Shown here piece by piece: positions 38,453-48,773 of a stretch of 64,000 bases of DNA. Under the pieces are notes generated by a model. That model worked only from the letters and a program-made list of their open reading frames with translations. It did no database searches and was not told the DNA's origin. The translations under genes were made by a program, and so were the position numbers. Position 1 is the stretch's first letter; the number at the start of each line of letters is the position of its first letter. The stretch comes from Lachnospiraceae bacterium. GTDB lineage: Bacteria > Bacillota > Clostridia > Lachnospirales > Lachnospiraceae. The DNA is taken from NCBI GenBank assembly GCA_017936785.1, contig JAGBEV010000036.1, positions 18,408 to 82,407 on the forward strand, written 5' to 3'.

Positions 38453-39739
38453 TTATTTTATATCTCTGATCCGGCACTCAACCGTAAATTCGTCATCCGT
38501 CAAAACTACTCCCTCAGGCAGTTCAAATTGCACAGGAATATCATAAACGCCTGCTTTCAGGGAAGTCAGGCTCTTTTGTGTCATAAAAGCATCCACAGCA
38601 ATAGTTCCTTTAAGATCATCTGCTTTCAGCTCTTTAAGATCATCAGGCATTCCTTTAAGATCAACTTCTATGGTATCAGAAGCACCTGTCATAGTTATCT
38701 TCTGCTCTTCTTCATCCAGTCCCGTAATGGTTATATTACTTTTGGGAACAGTCAGGGTTTCAACTTCCATCTTGCCGATAGGTACATCAACGGAAACCTT
38801 ACCATCAAAATCCTCTTCCGCAAGTTTAATATTGTCCGGCAGATATTTATTCAAATCCACTACAACAGTAAAATCACTGCTCTTACCTGTCACATCAACA
38901 GCCGCTGCCGGAACGGAAATAGAGCTGAGATTTGCAAGAGTACTTGCCTTTCCTGCTACCAGAATTTCTTCCCGGTCTGCTGTTATTTCTCCTGCCAGCC
39001 CATAATCATCTGCAGGTGTACCTGTAGTACTAAACTTTAAGGGAAGCGTTTTGGTCGCAAGCAGTTCCACCTTAATGCTGACTGCATTGATATTTCCCGA
39101 CAGTCTGGAAGCATCCAGTTGTTCCCCATCTTCATCATAGTACCTGATCACGGAAGTAGTACTGATGCTTCCTGACATTCCGGCAATAGAAGCCTCCGCT
39201 GTAGCATAATCGATCTGGGATACAATGGATTCCGGTCCCTGGACTGTCACAACATTCTGGTCCAGCGTCACATCACCGGTCACATAACCCTCTACAGGCT
39301 CTCCATTGATAACCGGTGTTATGGATAACTGCCTCTTCATAAGGTCTTCAATTTTCACTTCCAGCACATCTGTTTTGGATTTGATGCTTTCTATCTTATC
39401 ATTATACTTATTGGTCTCTAAATGTATTCTGATGGTGCCGTTTTCTTCATCCAGTTCCGCCATATCAGCAGTTGCCTTAATGTTTTCTTTTCCCAGCAGA
39501 TCGTTAATGGACCTTTTTGCTGTAACAGTAACGGATATGGTATTGGTCCCGTTCAGTATTTCATAGGTGCGGTTCTGTTTGGATATTAAATCCTGATTTA
39601 ATATCTCCACCTGCACCCCGGAATAACTGGATTCAATAATGGGATCGCTGACATTTACCACAATGATCCACACTAAGATCGCCACAATGACAGCCATGAT
39701 TCTCAAAAACAGATTATCCGTCAATTTATTTTTCTTCAC
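38453..39739 (-). CDS. cdaR: CdaA regulatory protein with YbbR domains
   Basis: N-terminal TM, repeated beta-rich YbbR-like domains; lies between cdaA and glmM. Confidence 0.88.
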   Translation of the reverse strand: MKKNKLTDNLFLRIMAVIVAILVWIIVVNVSDPIIESSYSGVQVEILNQDLISKQNRTYEILNGTNTISVTVTAKRSINDLLGKENIKATADMAELDEENGTIRIHLETNKYNDKIESIKSKTDVLEVKIEDLMKRQLSITPVINGEPVEGYVTGDVTLDQNVVTVQGPESIVSQIDYATAEASIAGMSGSISTTSVIRYYDEDGEQLDASRLSGNINAVSIKVELLATKTLPLKFSTTGTPADDYGLAGEITADREEILVAGKASTLANLSSISVPAAAVDVTGKSSDFTVVVDLNKYLPDNIKLAEEDFDGKVSVDVPIGKMEVETLTVPKSNITITGLDEEEQKITMTGASDTIEVDLKGMPDDLKELKADDLKGTIAVDAFMTQKSLTSLKAGVYDIPVQFELPEGVVLTDDEFTVECRIRDIK

Positions 39740-40604
39740 GCTTCAACCTGCCTTTCCAGACCTTACGCGGCTTTTCTTCAACGTTCTTATTCTGGATGGA
39801 CTCAAGCATCTTCCGCAAAGTATCCGCATCCACGTTTCTGGTCAGTTTTCCTTCATAAGCAACAGATACACGACCGGTTTCCTCAGAAACGATCACAGTC
39901 ATGGAATCCGTGATCTCAGACACACCCACACCTGCACGGTGCCTGGTTCCCAATTCCTTGGACAGCCTTGTGCTGTCGGACAGAGGCAGATAACATGTTG
40001 CTGCCACCACTCTGTCTCCCCGCACCAGAACTGCTCCGTCATGCAGAGGGGTATTATGTTCAAAAATATTGATCAAAAGCTGATTGGTCACAATGGCATC
40101 CACTGCAATACCCGTTCTTTCATATTCCGTCAGCTTCTGGTTTTTTTCGATTACGATCAGGGCACCGGTTTTTACTTTTCCCATTTCAAAACTTGCCTTG
40201 ACGATTTCATTGATCGTCCTGTCGGAAAACAATCCGTCGGAAGCCTTTGCCACATCAAAAGGCACAAGATTTGCCACGAAATTTTTCTGTCCCAGCTGCT
40301 CCAAAGCCCGCCGCAGCTCCGGCTGCAAAACAATAACAACCGCTATGATTCCCACAGAGAAAATCTTTTCTGCGATCCACAATATGGTGCTCAAGCGCAA
40401 AATAGCAGCAAACAGCAGAAAAATCAGGATAACGATAACACCCTTTAAGAGATTCCATGCCTTGGTGTCCCGAATCCAGATTAAAATCTGATACACCAAA
40501 AAGGAGATAATAATTATCTCCACAATATCTGTCCACACAATCCTCGTAGGAATATGCAGTGTCGTCAAATATTTATTTATAAAGCTGTTTACTCGTTCCA
40601 TCAA
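39726..40604 (-). CDS. cdaA: Diadenylate cyclase CdaA
   Basis: Three TM helices, QPELRRALE, TPLHDGA, GTRHRAG, VSEETG. Confidence 0.96.
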   Translation of the reverse strand: MMERVNSFINKYLTTLHIPTRIVWTDIVEIIIISFLVYQILIWIRDTKAWNLLKGVIVILIFLLFAAILRLSTILWIAEKIFSVGIIAVVIVLQPELRRALEQLGQKNFVANLVPFDVAKASDGLFSDRTINEIVKASFEMGKVKTGALIVIEKNQKLTEYERTGIAVDAIVTNQLLINIFEHNTPLHDGAVLVRGDRVVAATCYLPLSDSTRLSKELGTRHRAGVGVSEITDSMTVIVSEETGRVSVAYEGKLTRNVDADTLRKMLESIQNKNVEEKPRKVWKGRLKREEK

Positions 40605-40626
40605 AAAATCAAATCCCTTTTAATTA

Positions 40627-41559
40627 TTAAAGAACACTCGTAATTTTCTTAACCTTAACCTGCGCCTGTGCAACAGAATTCTTTGGTACCGCCTTTACAT
40701 AGTAGTAATATTCATCATCCTCAAACTGAACATATTCTGTTCTGGAATAATCCACATTAAATGCGAAAAATTGAAGTACTTTTGCCAGAAGCAATGAGAT
40801 TACCATGCCCAGAATCAGAAACCCAATGGAAATATGTGTATCATAGGTAAGATCTCCGATCAGCAGAATGACCACACCCACTACTGCTCCTACACTCATG
40901 GCAATGGTCCACGCATGATCCACTGACAGCCTTCGGATAAAATATACAAGGATCACAATTGCTGCAAAAGCAACTATAGTGATCATCATTTCTTTATTTC
41001 CCAGAATGCCGTCAATGACATACCGGAACTTTGCAACTGCCTCATCCGCTTCCAATGTACTGATGGTCTGGGAATTTGTCTTAATGTATAAGATCAGATA
41101 ATAGACAATCGTTCCACAGGTTACAGAGACCACCGATATGGGAGTGCATAACAGCCCTACAGCAATAGGCACTACATAGGGTATCTTCAATGCAAAGCAA
41201 AGGGGCAGTAACAGCACTACGATGGTATCCTTTGGCGAGAACCGGAAATACAGTATGAACATCAGCAAAAACAGTGCAATAGCTACAACAGCGCATTCCA
41301 GAGAAACCGCATACAGATGACCGCATACAAATCCCGCACTGATGATCATGATAAAATTCATGGGCAGGAAAGAGCACATCAGGGAAACAACCAGAACAAT
41401 GATAATATTTCCGCTGAGCTTATCCATAAAGCCAATATTTCCGTTAATACAGAGCAATGAAATCAATGCCAGCAAAAATTTGAACAACGGGACGAGATAC
41501 ACTTCATGCTTACTGTAAAAATTCCGAAGTCTCTCCCTCATTTCCAATAATGAAGACAT
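40627..41559 (-). CDS. Polytopic membrane protein of unknown function
   Basis: About 8 TM segments with a hydrophilic C-terminus DYSRTEYVQFEDDEYYYYVKAVPK. Confidence 0.75.
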   Translation of the reverse strand: MSSLLEMRERLRNFYSKHEVYLVPLFKFLLALISLLCINGNIGFMDKLSGNIIIVLVVSLMCSFLPMNFIMIISAGFVCGHLYAVSLECAVVAIALFLLMFILYFRFSPKDTIVVLLLPLCFALKIPYVVPIAVGLLCTPISVVSVTCGTIVYYLILYIKTNSQTISTLEADEAVAKFRYVIDGILGNKEMMITIVAFAAIVILVYFIRRLSVDHAWTIAMSVGAVVGVVILLIGDLTYDTHISIGFLILGMVISLLLAKVLQFFAFNVDYSRTEYVQFEDDEYYYYVKAVPKNSVAQAQVKVKKITSVL

Positions 41560-41573
41560 AAAATTTTCCTTTC

Positions 41574-41972
41574 CTATTTACGATTTTCCAAATCATACAT
41601 AGCAGATAACTGCTTTAGATGATGATAGTATTTTTTTAAGCTTTTCTTGGCTTTGTGATACCTATATGAATAAACAACATAAGAAATCACAGCATAGACC
41701 AATGTAAAAATAAAATAGTATAAAATAACATTCCTGCCAAATTCCAGCAGATCCATCTTATAAAGATCCTGCATGAAAAATTCAAAATCATAAAAAATGT
41801 ACATACCAAATAAAATAACATACGCAATCGTTGCACAGATAATGGATTTTATGATCTGCAGACCAATATAGTCGCTTCTGAAATAGCTTCCGATAGACAT
41901 ATATTTTTTGCCCTCATTTTCTTCATAAGCAGCCATTTTGGTCATAAGCTGTATTCTTTCCTGATTTAACAT
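41574..41972 (-). CDS. Small two-TM hypothetical protein
   Basis: GGAGG RBS, two hydrophobic segments, co-oriented with neighbours. Confidence 0.75.
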   Translation of the reverse strand: MLNQERIQLMTKMAAYEENEGKKYMSIGSYFRSDYIGLQIIKSIICATIAYVILFGMYIFYDFEFFMQDLYKMDLLEFGRNVILYYFIFTLVYAVISYVVYSYRYHKAKKSLKKYYHHLKQLSAMYDLENRK

Positions 41973-41992
41973 TTACCGGTTCCTCCGTCCTT

Positions 41993-42403
41993 TTACAAAA
42001 ACCGCATTTTGTTCTTGTTATCCGTAGGTTTAGGCTGGGGTTTTTTCTTAAGCTGATCTGAGGGCTTTGACAATACGCTGCCAAAATTTCTGGACATCTC
42101 GTTTTTACATTTCTCACAAAATCTGCCGCTTCCGATCATGGCACCACAGTTTTCACAACTTACTTTAATAGGCGAATCATCGGCAAACTGAAGTCTTTCC
42201 TTCCTGATCCATGTCTGGATCTGTCCCGGCTCAACATCGCATTCTTCACAGACCTCTGCCATGGAACAATGGTTATGCGCCTGAATATATGCCTTTACTT
42301 CCTGAAATTTCTTTTCAGTTGCTTCCTTGCACATGGGGCAAACCTGTGCTCCTGCTATATAATTAAACAATCTTCCGCATTTTCTGCAATTAATAACCTC
42401 CAT
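41993..42403 (-). CDS. YvyF-like flagellar operon protein (zinc ribbon)
   Basis: NCRKCGRLF...CPMC, WIRKERL, CENCG...GRFCEKC; directly follows comF. Confidence 0.85.
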   Translation of the reverse strand: MEVINCRKCGRLFNYIAGAQVCPMCKEATEKKFQEVKAYIQAHNHCSMAEVCEECDVEPGQIQTWIRKERLQFADDSPIKVSCENCGAMIGSGRFCEKCKNEMSRNFGSVLSKPSDQLKKKPQPKPTDNKNKMRFL

Positions 42404-42419
42404 ATCCCAATACCTCCGT

Positions 42420-43157
42420 TTACAAATCTTCACCGATTGCTAATGATATAAAATAGACACGCGAAACGCCGGCTTCGATCAACACCTTTGCTACAGCGTC
42501 AATGGTACTGCCGGTCGTATAGATATCATCTATAATTATAGTTATTCCTAATTTTACATCATTTCGCCCTATTTTAAAAGCCTTTTTCAAATTATTTTGA
42601 CGTTCTCCTGTACTTAAAGATTTCATAGGCGGTGTATGACATGTTCGTATGACATAATCCTCATATACTTTCACTCCTGTTTCTTTTCCCAACGTCCTTG
42701 CCAGAAGCGCAGCCTGGTTATATCCTCTCTCATATTCCCGTTTAGGATGCAGGGGGACAGGTATGATTCCCTCTATGCCTGCCCGTTTTATGGCATTTCC
42801 GAATTGCTCTGCCATCATTCTCCCATATGCTTTTGCATATTCCTTTCTTCCCTGATATTTCATCCTGTAAATGGACGCCCTCATAAGGTCATTGTAGGTG
42901 CATAGAGAAAGGCCTCTTACATATATATGGGTACCTGTTTTGTTCCGGCAGTCCCTGCACAATTCCTTTTCACCTGTATCAAGAGCCCTGCCACATTTAT
43001 AACACCTGTTATGCCTTATCAAGGGCAGCTCTTTCCTGCAGCTGCTGCAAATTCCTTCTTTTCTTTCATAATAATAAACCGGTCTGTCACAGACAGGACA
43101 TCTGACCGGAAAAACCATATCCTTGAAATTCTCCAGGATATTGCGGAAACTAATCAC
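42420..43157 (-). CDS. ComF family protein (zinc finger plus PRTase domain)
   Basis: CPVC/CSSC/CYKC/CRDC, IPVPLH, RGYNQA, IDDIYTTGST. Confidence 0.93.
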   Translation of the reverse strand: MISFRNILENFKDMVFPVRCPVCDRPVYYYERKEGICSSCRKELPLIRHNRCYKCGRALDTGEKELCRDCRNKTGTHIYVRGLSLCTYNDLMRASIYRMKYQGRKEYAKAYGRMMAEQFGNAIKRAGIEGIIPVPLHPKREYERGYNQAALLARTLGKETGVKVYEDYVIRTCHTPPMKSLSTGERQNNLKKAFKIGRNDVKLGITIIIDDIYTTGSTIDAVAKVLIEAGVSRVYFISLAIGEDL

Positions 43158-45427
43158 TTATATTCCTTTCCGTGCATTCTCTCCATTTCCTGAATCCGAT
43201 AGCAGAGACCGGTATACCGCCTCTGTTTATTTTCCCCAAAGATCATATTTTCCATGATCGTTTCATTCCCCAATATGGTCACACATTTTCTTGCCCTTGT
43301 TACCGCTGTATATAAAAGATTGCGATAGGTCAGCAGCCCCGGGACTCCCAATAGAGGAATGACCACGGCAGGATATTCGCTTCCCTGGGACTTATGTATA
43401 GTGACAGCATATGCCAGCTCCAGTTCGTCCAATTCCTCAAAACGGTAATTTACCTTTTTGCCTTCATCAAATTCCACCTGCATGACAGAAGCATACTCGT
43501 TGATTTCCCTGACAATACCGATATCCCCGTTAAAAACTCCCTGCCCGGTCTGAAGAGGCAGATTATATTTGCCGGTCACTTCCCATTCCAGCTTGTAATT
43601 ATTTTTGATCTGCATGACTTTGTCTCCCTCCCGGAACAAAGTATCACCTGACAGATGTTCCCGTTTCCCCGGTGCCTGGGGATTGATATACTGCTGCAGG
43701 ATTCCATTGAGAGCTTCCACTCCCATGATGCCCTTTCTCATAGGCGTCAGCACCTGTATATCCATAGGTGAAGTTCCTACATACCGCGCCAGCTTATCCG
43801 TTACCAGCTGGACGATATTCTTATACATCACATTGGGGTCCTCTCTTTTCAGGAAATAGAAATCCCTGCTTTCCTGATTGTTGACCTGTATCATCTTCCC
43901 ATCATGGATTCGATGGGCATTCATGACAATATCGCTTTCCGCTGCCTGCCTGAAAATCTTATTGAGCATGACCACAGAATATACTCCGCTGTCGATCAGA
44001 TCCTTCAGCACACATCCGGGTCCCACACTGGGAAGCTGATCCATATCCCCTACCATGATCAGCCTTGTTCCCTGAGGAATGGCAGAAAGAAGTGCCTGAA
44101 ACAAAAAAATATCTACCATGGACATCTCATCCACAATGATCACATCCGCATCCAGGGGATAATTCATATCCCTGCCAAAACCTGCACTTTTCCCATCGTC
44201 AGATGCTCCCGATACTTCAAGAAGGCGGTGTATGGTCCTTGCTTCCATGCCGCATGCCTCACTCATTCTCTTTGCCGCCCTGCCCGTAGGCGCGGCAAGC
44301 TCTATCTGCATCTGCTCCCGCTCGAAATAACGGAGCATAATATGTATGGTAGTGGTCTTGCCCGTTCCGGGTCCTCCTGTCAGCACCAGGACTCCATGCT
44401 GGATTGCCTTTAACACTGCCTGTCTCTGCAAATCATCCAGTATGATCCCACTTTCATCCTCAACCTGTTGGATCTTATCATATATAAGACTCTCTTCTTT
44501 GGACAGGCAGTCCTTTCCTTCCTCAAAAAAACAGATATCCAGTTTTCTTAAAAGGGCTGCACACTGATTTTCCGCACCATAGGCAGCGGGACTGTATACA
44601 TACATTAGTCCGTCCTTTTCTTCCTGGCGGACGTTCACTTTATGGTCCATTACCAGATTGGTCAGCTGTACTTTTACCTCTTCCTCAGAAAGTCCCAGAA
44701 GAACACAGCCGTTCTGGACCAGCTTCTGCTCCGGCAGACAGGTATGCCCTGCCCCTAATGCCTGGGAAAGAACATAAAGGAGTCCGCAGCGGATGCGGTA
44801 TTCGGAATCCACCAGGATTCCCACGCTTTTTGCGATCTCATCCGCCCGCTTAAAGCCCACACCTTCAATATCCTCTGCCATTTTATACGGATTGGTGCGC
44901 AGCATGTCATAAAGCCCGTCACCATATTTTTCATAAATCTTTACTGCCAGCTTGTCCGCAATGCCATATTCCTGCAAAAACAGCATGGCACGGCGCATTT
45001 CCCTTTTTTCATATACCTGTTCCGCGATCTCTCTGGCTATTCTTTCGCTGACCCCCTTTATCTGGATCAGTTTCTGGGGTTCCTCTTCTATGACCCGGAA
45101 GGTATCCTCTCCAAACTTTTTCACAATCCTTGCAGCAAGCTTTTCGCCCACGCCTTTAATAGCGCCGGAACCCAGATACCGTTCAATGCTCTTGCAGTCA
45201 TCAGGAGGCAGTACTTCATAGCTGTCCATGCGCAGCTGTTCTCCGTAACTGGGATGCTCCTGATAGGTTCCTTCGACCCGGACCCGCTCCCCTGCCTCAA
45301 TGCCCCGGAATATTCCTGTAACGGTAACTTCACTTTTATCATCTGTTACTGTCATGACTATATAACCGTTTTCGGGATTTTGATAAATAATGTGGTCTAC
45401 ATATCCACAAACAACCGCTTTCTCCAT
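43154..45427 (-). CDS. recD2: RecD2-type ATP-dependent helicase
   Basis: IKGVG HhH motif, TGGPGTGKTT, APTGRAAKR, DEMSM, GDMDQLPSVG, AVTIHKSQGSE, LYTAVTRA. Confidence 0.95.
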   Translation of the reverse strand: MEKAVVCGYVDHIIYQNPENGYIVMTVTDDKSEVTVTGIFRGIEAGERVRVEGTYQEHPSYGEQLRMDSYEVLPPDDCKSIERYLGSGAIKGVGEKLAARIVKKFGEDTFRVIEEEPQKLIQIKGVSERIAREIAEQVYEKREMRRAMLFLQEYGIADKLAVKIYEKYGDGLYDMLRTNPYKMAEDIEGVGFKRADEIAKSVGILVDSEYRIRCGLLYVLSQALGAGHTCLPEQKLVQNGCVLLGLSEEEVKVQLTNLVMDHKVNVRQEEKDGLMYVYSPAAYGAENQCAALLRKLDICFFEEGKDCLSKEESLIYDKIQQVEDESGIILDDLQRQAVLKAIQHGVLVLTGGPGTGKTTTIHIMLRYFEREQMQIELAAPTGRAAKRMSEACGMEARTIHRLLEVSGASDDGKSAGFGRDMNYPLDADVIIVDEMSMVDIFLFQALLSAIPQGTRLIMVGDMDQLPSVGPGCVLKDLIDSGVYSVVMLNKIFRQAAESDIVMNAHRIHDGKMIQVNNQESRDFYFLKREDPNVMYKNIVQLVTDKLARYVGTSPMDIQVLTPMRKGIMGVEALNGILQQYINPQAPGKREHLSGDTLFREGDKVMQIKNNYKLEWEVTGKYNLPLQTGQGVFNGDIGIVREINEYASVMQVEFDEGKKVNYRFEELDELELAYAVTIHKSQGSEYPAVVIPLLGVPGLLTYRNLLYTAVTRARKCVTILGNETIMENMIFGENKQRRYTGLCYRIQEMERMHGKEYK

Positions 45428-45496
45428 TTAGCCTCTCCTGACCTGTTTCGCTTTTAATATCTGCCTGTATGTTCCCGGCACATTATCTGCGCACGT

Positions 45497-45523
45497 AAAA
45501 GGGACTGTCACACTGACAGCCCC
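45497..45523 (-). terminator. Intrinsic terminator after the flgJ-like gene
   Basis: Minus strand GGGCTGTCA-gtg-TGACAGTCCC followed by TTTT. Confidence 0.65.
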
Positions 45524-45539
45524 AAATATTTTATTGTTA

Positions 45540-45890
45540 TTAAATATTGTAATTCCTTTTCATCTGCTCATATAACATCTGGGCAAGTCCCAGGCTGTTC
45601 TGCTCTGTAGACTGGCTGGCAAGCTCTGCAATGGTCGTTTCCTTAAAATAGTCAACCATCTGTGAAGAAGTACTGTCTTCATCCTCTCCAAAAATAGAAG
45701 TGGTTTTATCCATTTCCTTAAAAACCTGCTCCAACAGATAAGACTCAAACTCCTTACATACTTCCATCAGTTCATCATCTGTTTTTTCCTTCATATCCGC
45801 ATCGGATAATTGAGAAATGTTGTTGGCTGAAGCAGGCACCTTAGTTGCCACACTGTTATAATAATTGCTGATACTGCTAAGATCCATCAT
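45540..45890 (-). CDS. flgJ: FlgJ-type rod-binding domain protein
   Basis: LMEVCKEFESYLLEQVFKEM and LGLAQMLYEQM; follows flgG. Confidence 0.82.
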   Translation of the reverse strand: MMDLSSISNYYNSVATKVPASANNISQLSDADMKEKTDDELMEVCKEFESYLLEQVFKEMDKTTSIFGEDEDSTSSQMVDYFKETTIAELASQSTEQNSLGLAQMLYEQMKRNYNI

Positions 45891-45900
45891 CAATCACCTC

Positions 45901-46722
45901 TTAACTTCTAAGCTGGTTTGCCTGCCCCATCATGTCATCCGAAGCCTGAATCGCTTTGGAGTTCATTTCATAAGCACGCTGTGCCACGATCAGATTGACC
46001 ATTTCATCTACAACCTGTACATTAGAGCCTTCTATGTATCCCTGTACTACTTCACTCTTTCTGATCGCCAGATTGGTAGTTGCTTCATTGATAGCCTGAC
46101 CGCTGGCTGCAGTTACCGAGAACAGACTGTCACTGGTCTTTTCCAGACCTGCGGGATTCTGGAACTGGAATAACCCAATCGTAATTCCCATAGGCTGTGG
46201 ATTATTGGACGCATCGGGATAACAAAGTTCTCCGTCAGCAGTAATGGTCACTTCTGATGTTTTATAATTAGATGGTATGCTGATGGCCCTTCCTCTGGTG
46301 TCCAATACCTGGAGACCATCTGATGTAGTCAGATTTAAAGTACCATTATTGCCTACAGCCCAATTAAAATTACCATTTCTGGTATATTGTACGCCACCGC
46401 TGGCTGTTCTGACACCGAAGAAACCTTCTCCATCAATGGCAAATGCGCTGGTACTGTTGGACTCATAAAAGGGACCTTCCTTAAAAATAGATGTAATAGA
46501 CGAATTCCGTACACCCAGACCTACCTGTGCACTGATAGGTTTGCGTTCCCCATTGGCAGTGGTAGTTTTTGTCTGAAGATTCTGATATAACAGACTCTTA
46601 AATTCTGCCACTTCTGTTTTATATCCTGCCGTATTGACATTGGCAAGGTTATGTGCGATCGTATCTACATTTGTCTGCTGTGCAATCATTCCTGTTGCCG
46701 CAGTCCACAAAGATCTTACCAT
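45901..46722 (-). CDS. flgG: Flagellar basal-body rod protein FlgG
   Basis: SLWTAATGM, IAHNLANVNTAGYK, YTRNGNF, EGSNVQVVDEMVNLIVAQRAYEMNSK. Confidence 0.9.
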   Translation of the reverse strand: MVRSLWTAATGMIAQQTNVDTIAHNLANVNTAGYKTEVAEFKSLLYQNLQTKTTTANGERKPISAQVGLGVRNSSITSIFKEGPFYESNSTSAFAIDGEGFFGVRTASGGVQYTRNGNFNWAVGNNGTLNLTTSDGLQVLDTRGRAISIPSNYKTSEVTITADGELCYPDASNNPQPMGITIGLFQFQNPAGLEKTSDSLFSVTAASGQAINEATTNLAIRKSEVVQGYIEGSNVQVVDEMVNLIVAQRAYEMNSKAIQASDDMMGQANQLRS

Positions 46723-46734
46723 CTTTTACCCCTC

Positions 46735-47508
46735 CTATACGCTGCCAAGCTGGTTGACTGCTTTATCTAAAGTACCGTCAATAGTCTGGATCACTTTCTG
46801 GTTGCTCTCATATGCCCTGGTCACGCTGATCAATTCTACCATTTCTGAAACCACCTGCACATTGGAAGCTTCCAGATATCCTTCAACGATCTGACCGTCT
46901 GCATCCTTAAATTCATATCCTTTTACAGGCTGATAGTAATTTTCGCCATAATGCTCCAGATAATTATAATCTTCAAAATCCTGCAGACCGATTGTTGCTA
47001 CAGCCCTGTTATTCTGAAAAATAGTTCCATTCCTGTCAATACTTGCAGTAGCCAGATTATCCAGGCGGATTCTTCTGCCGTTTTCATCTAAGACATAATC
47101 TCCGTCTTTGGTTACCAGATATCCGTCCACATTCAGGGTAAAGGAACCGTCTCTTGTATATTTTGTACTTGTCCCTCCGGACTTGTTGGCAAACTGGATA
47201 CAGAAAAAACCGTTTCCGGAAATTGCCAGATCATAGGTGTTGCCTGTATCCCTGAATGCTCCCTGTGTATAATCCGTATAATTTTCACCGATCTTAACGC
47301 CCAGATTCATTGTGCCGATATTCTGTGCCCTGACACCCACCGTCTGATCCTTGATCTTATAGGCAAGGACCGTATCAAACGCCTGGCTGGTTGAACCTTC
47401 CTTCTTATATCCGGTAGTAGCCGCATTGGCAAGATTATTGGAAATAACATCCATCTTATTCTGCTGATTTAACATACCGGTATAAGCGGCATATAATCCC
47501 TTTACCAT
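46735..47508 (-). CDS. flgF: Flagellar basal-body rod protein FlgF/FlhO
   Basis: ISNNLANAATTGYK, YTRDGSF, LEASNV..VSEMVELI..RAYESNQK. Confidence 0.8.
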   Translation of the reverse strand: MVKGLYAAYTGMLNQQNKMDVISNNLANAATTGYKKEGSTSQAFDTVLAYKIKDQTVGVRAQNIGTMNLGVKIGENYTDYTQGAFRDTGNTYDLAISGNGFFCIQFANKSGGTSTKYTRDGSFTLNVDGYLVTKDGDYVLDENGRRIRLDNLATASIDRNGTIFQNNRAVATIGLQDFEDYNYLEHYGENYYQPVKGYEFKDADGQIVEGYLEASNVQVVSEMVELISVTRAYESNQKVIQTIDGTLDKAVNQLGSV

Positions 47509-47535
47509 GAAATTCCTCCTGATATGAAGCCGGGC

Positions 47536-48531
47536 TTAAAATTCGCCCTTATAGTCCGCCAAGATTTCTACATACTTTCCGGTTCCAATTGCCACACAGG
47601 TCATGGGATCTTCTGCTGTCATGGTATTGATTCCGGTCTTTGCTTCGATCAGATCCTCAAGACCTCTCAAAAGACTTCCGCCGCCTGTTAATACAATGCC
47701 CCTGTCGGCAATATCCGCTGCCAGTTCCGGCGGTGTCTGCTCAAGAACGCTGTGAATAGTCTCTATGATCTGGGCTGTTGCTTCTTTTAAAGCTTCTTCT
47801 GTTTCTTCAGATGTTACTTTTACTGTTTTGGGAAGACCGGTTACCAGGTTACGTCCTCTGACTTCCATAGTATCCACTTCCGGTCTCTTATAAGCGGTTC
47901 CGATCTTGATTTTCAGATCCTCCGCAGTTCTTTCACCGATCAACAGATTATGTTTTTTACGCATATAGCGTACGATCGCTTCATCAAAATCATCGCCGGC
48001 AACCTTAATGGATGCGCTGACTACTGTGCCCTTTAAGGAAATAACGGCAATATCGGAAGTACCACCCCCGATATCCACGATCATATTTCCGCAGGGTTTG
48101 GAAATATCGATTCCCGCACCGATGGCAGCGGCAATGGGCTCTTCGATCAGTTTTACCTCTCTTGCGCCTGCCTGATAAGTTGCATCCTCAACGGCTTTCT
48201 TCTCAACTTCCGTAACACCGCTGGGCACACATACGACTACCCGGGGCTTTCTAAAGGATTTTTTCCCCAGTGCTTTCTGGATAAAATATTTCATCATTTT
48301 TTCTGTTACGGTATAATCGGAAATAACACCCTGGCGCAGCGGTCTTACTGCTGTAATATTCTCCGGTGTTCTTCCCAACATCAATCTTGCATCTTCTCCG
48401 ATTGCCTTGATCTTCTGGGTATCCCTGTCAAAGGCAACTACGCTGGGCTCCTTTAAAACAACACCCTTTCCTCTTATATAAACCAATATGCTGGCTGTTC
48501 CCAAATCAATTCCAATATCTGTGTACCTCAT
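47536..48531 (-). CDS. mbl: MreB-like actin (Mbl)
   Basis: IGIDLGTA, RPLRQGVISD, VDIGGGTSD, LTGGGSLL; upstream of the rod genes. Confidence 0.88.
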   Translation of the reverse strand: MRYTDIGIDLGTASILVYIRGKGVVLKEPSVVAFDRDTQKIKAIGEDARLMLGRTPENITAVRPLRQGVISDYTVTEKMMKYFIQKALGKKSFRKPRVVVCVPSGVTEVEKKAVEDATYQAGAREVKLIEEPIAAAIGAGIDISKPCGNMIVDIGGGTSDIAVISLKGTVVSASIKVAGDDFDEAIVRYMRKKHNLLIGERTAEDLKIKIGTAYKRPEVDTMEVRGRNLVTGLPKTVKVTSEETEEALKEATAQIIETIHSVLEQTPPELAADIADRGIVLTGGGSLLRGLEDLIEAKTGINTMTAEDPMTCVAIGTGKYVEILADYKGEF

Positions 48532-48597
48532 CGTACAAACCCCTTTCTGTTTTCTATCTATATTCAGTCTATTAAGCGCAATTATACATACTGATTT

Positions 48598-48626
48598 ATT
48601 ATAGCGCACTTCCTATAGATTTTCAA
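48598..48626 (-). promoter_or_regulatory. sigma-A promoter of the mbl-flg operon
   Basis: TTGAAA-17-TATAAT. Confidence 0.7.
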
Positions 48627-48710
48627 AGGGTTTTATGGGAATTCATATTTTTTTCATTTTTTTGTATCGGGAACATCTCCCTTTCTTTTCTGCAATGGGA
48701 CAAAAGGTAC

Positions 48711-48759
48711 AAAAATGCGCAGAAACAATACCGGTTCCTTCCGTTATCTTTCTGCGCAT
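48711..48759 (-). terminator. Long hairpin terminator downstream of uvrA
   Basis: ATGCGCAGAAA / TTTCTGCGCAT arms (48715-48725, 48749-48759) followed by a T run on the minus strand. Confidence 0.6.
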
Positions 48760-48773
48760 CCATGCTGTATATT

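Noticed and set aside
39639-40448. 269-aa plus-strand ORF
   Set aside because: Antisense shadow of cdaA.
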